A DNA stretch of 64,000 nucleotides, from NCBI RefSeq assembly GCF_036321535.1, contig NC_087445.1, positions 52,328,001 through 52,392,000 on the forward strand, given 5' to 3'. Shown piece by piece: positions 63,149 to 64,000 of this stretch (the first letter of the stretch is position 1; each line of letters opens with the position of its first letter). The notes under the pieces were generated by a model. It had not been told where the DNA came from, did not search any database, and saw nothing but the letters and a program-made list of their open reading frames with translations. The translations under genes were made by a program, and so were the position numbers. The DNA is from Camelus dromedarius (taxonomy: Eukaryota).

Positions 63149-63210
63149 TAATTATTGCTATCTTGCTAATTATAATTATTGCTATATAATTGCAACATAA
63201 TTATTGCTAT
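63149..63210. repeat. Three exact copies of TAATTATTGCTAT, period 24-25 bp
   Basis: Copies at 63149-63161, 63173-63185 and 63198-63210. Confidence 0.95.
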
Positions 63211-64000
63211 TCTTTTAAAATAATAAATAATTTTATTCTTATTAAATAAAAATAAGAAAAGCTGCATTCAATAATACAGTCATTGATTTTACACTTTTCC
63301 AAAACAGTATGGGCTGGAATAGCCTGTTTTTTAAAATGCCACTAGGATTATATCTTATAAAAATTCTCAGATTTTCTTCACTGGATTTGTTTGTTTTTTT
63401 TCAACATATGAACAAATACGTATCTTTACTGTGATTAAAAACAGAATTATAATCTTCCTGCCAAAGCATCAGTACCTGGCAAATGTCAGTTCTCTTTTTC
63501 CGCTCCATTTTTTCTGCTGTTTTAAGGCCCCTATAGAATAGTGAAACTATATTCATGAGCAATGTATTTTACTACCAAAAAAAATCACACAACAGCAAAA
63601 AGATTTTAATGGACCATGGAACTCATTTACATGAGATTTTAAAAATATGATTTCTGTTTGGTCTCCAAAAAATGAATTTAAATAAAATCTGTAAAGATTT
63701 CAGAAATTAATTTTCTTTATGCCACATTTTTGATGAACTGCTGAAGTGATTTTCTAGAAAATATCAGTGACTTCTTCATTATTCTTTTGGAGTACTTGAC
63801 TGCTACTGAGAGACACCCACAGACGCTGGTAAAGCTAAGTCTGTGGCTGCCAGATTCTCTAGGGGAGAAAAAGAGCTTTGCTACGTGAGATGCATTTAAT
63901 ATGAAATGGTTATGAAAGAGTAAGAAAAGAATGTGTTGCTTCACTGACAGTTCGACTTTTCAGATTTTAAGTTTCTGTAGTAACTAAAAAGGAATGAAAT

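Overview
AT-rich mammalian genomic DNA. It is most likely from a camelid (alpaca/camel), judged from a tRNA-Ala(AGC)-derived SINE at 42837-42964 that resembles the camelid Vic-1 family as I recall it. I could not identify any protein-coding gene, RNA gene or CpG island. The supplied ORFs are short and fall in repeats, low-complexity DNA or assembly gaps, so the window reads as intronic or intergenic. It is dominated by old eutherian interspersed repeats: MIR, L2, L1M, MaLR/ERVL/ERV1 solo LTRs, and hAT and Tigger DNA transposon relics. There are also a few younger lineage-specific insertions and three N gaps, each in or next to an L1 3' end. The most notable items are: (1) a compound minisatellite of five near-identical 38-bp units separated by variable (CA)n tracts; (2) two MER41-like solo LTRs with exact 4-bp TSDs, one with a TTC-N4-GAA STAT-type site; (3) a 124-bp near-perfect tandem duplication; (4) a ~65-bp poly(A)-tailed micro-retrocopy; (5) a nested LTR/L1 stack; and (6) several speculative exon-like and enhancer-like signals. 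I found no evidence strong enough to claim a new biological system. Repeat subfamily names come from recalled consensus similarity, not a database search, and boundaries without a stated TSD are approximate.
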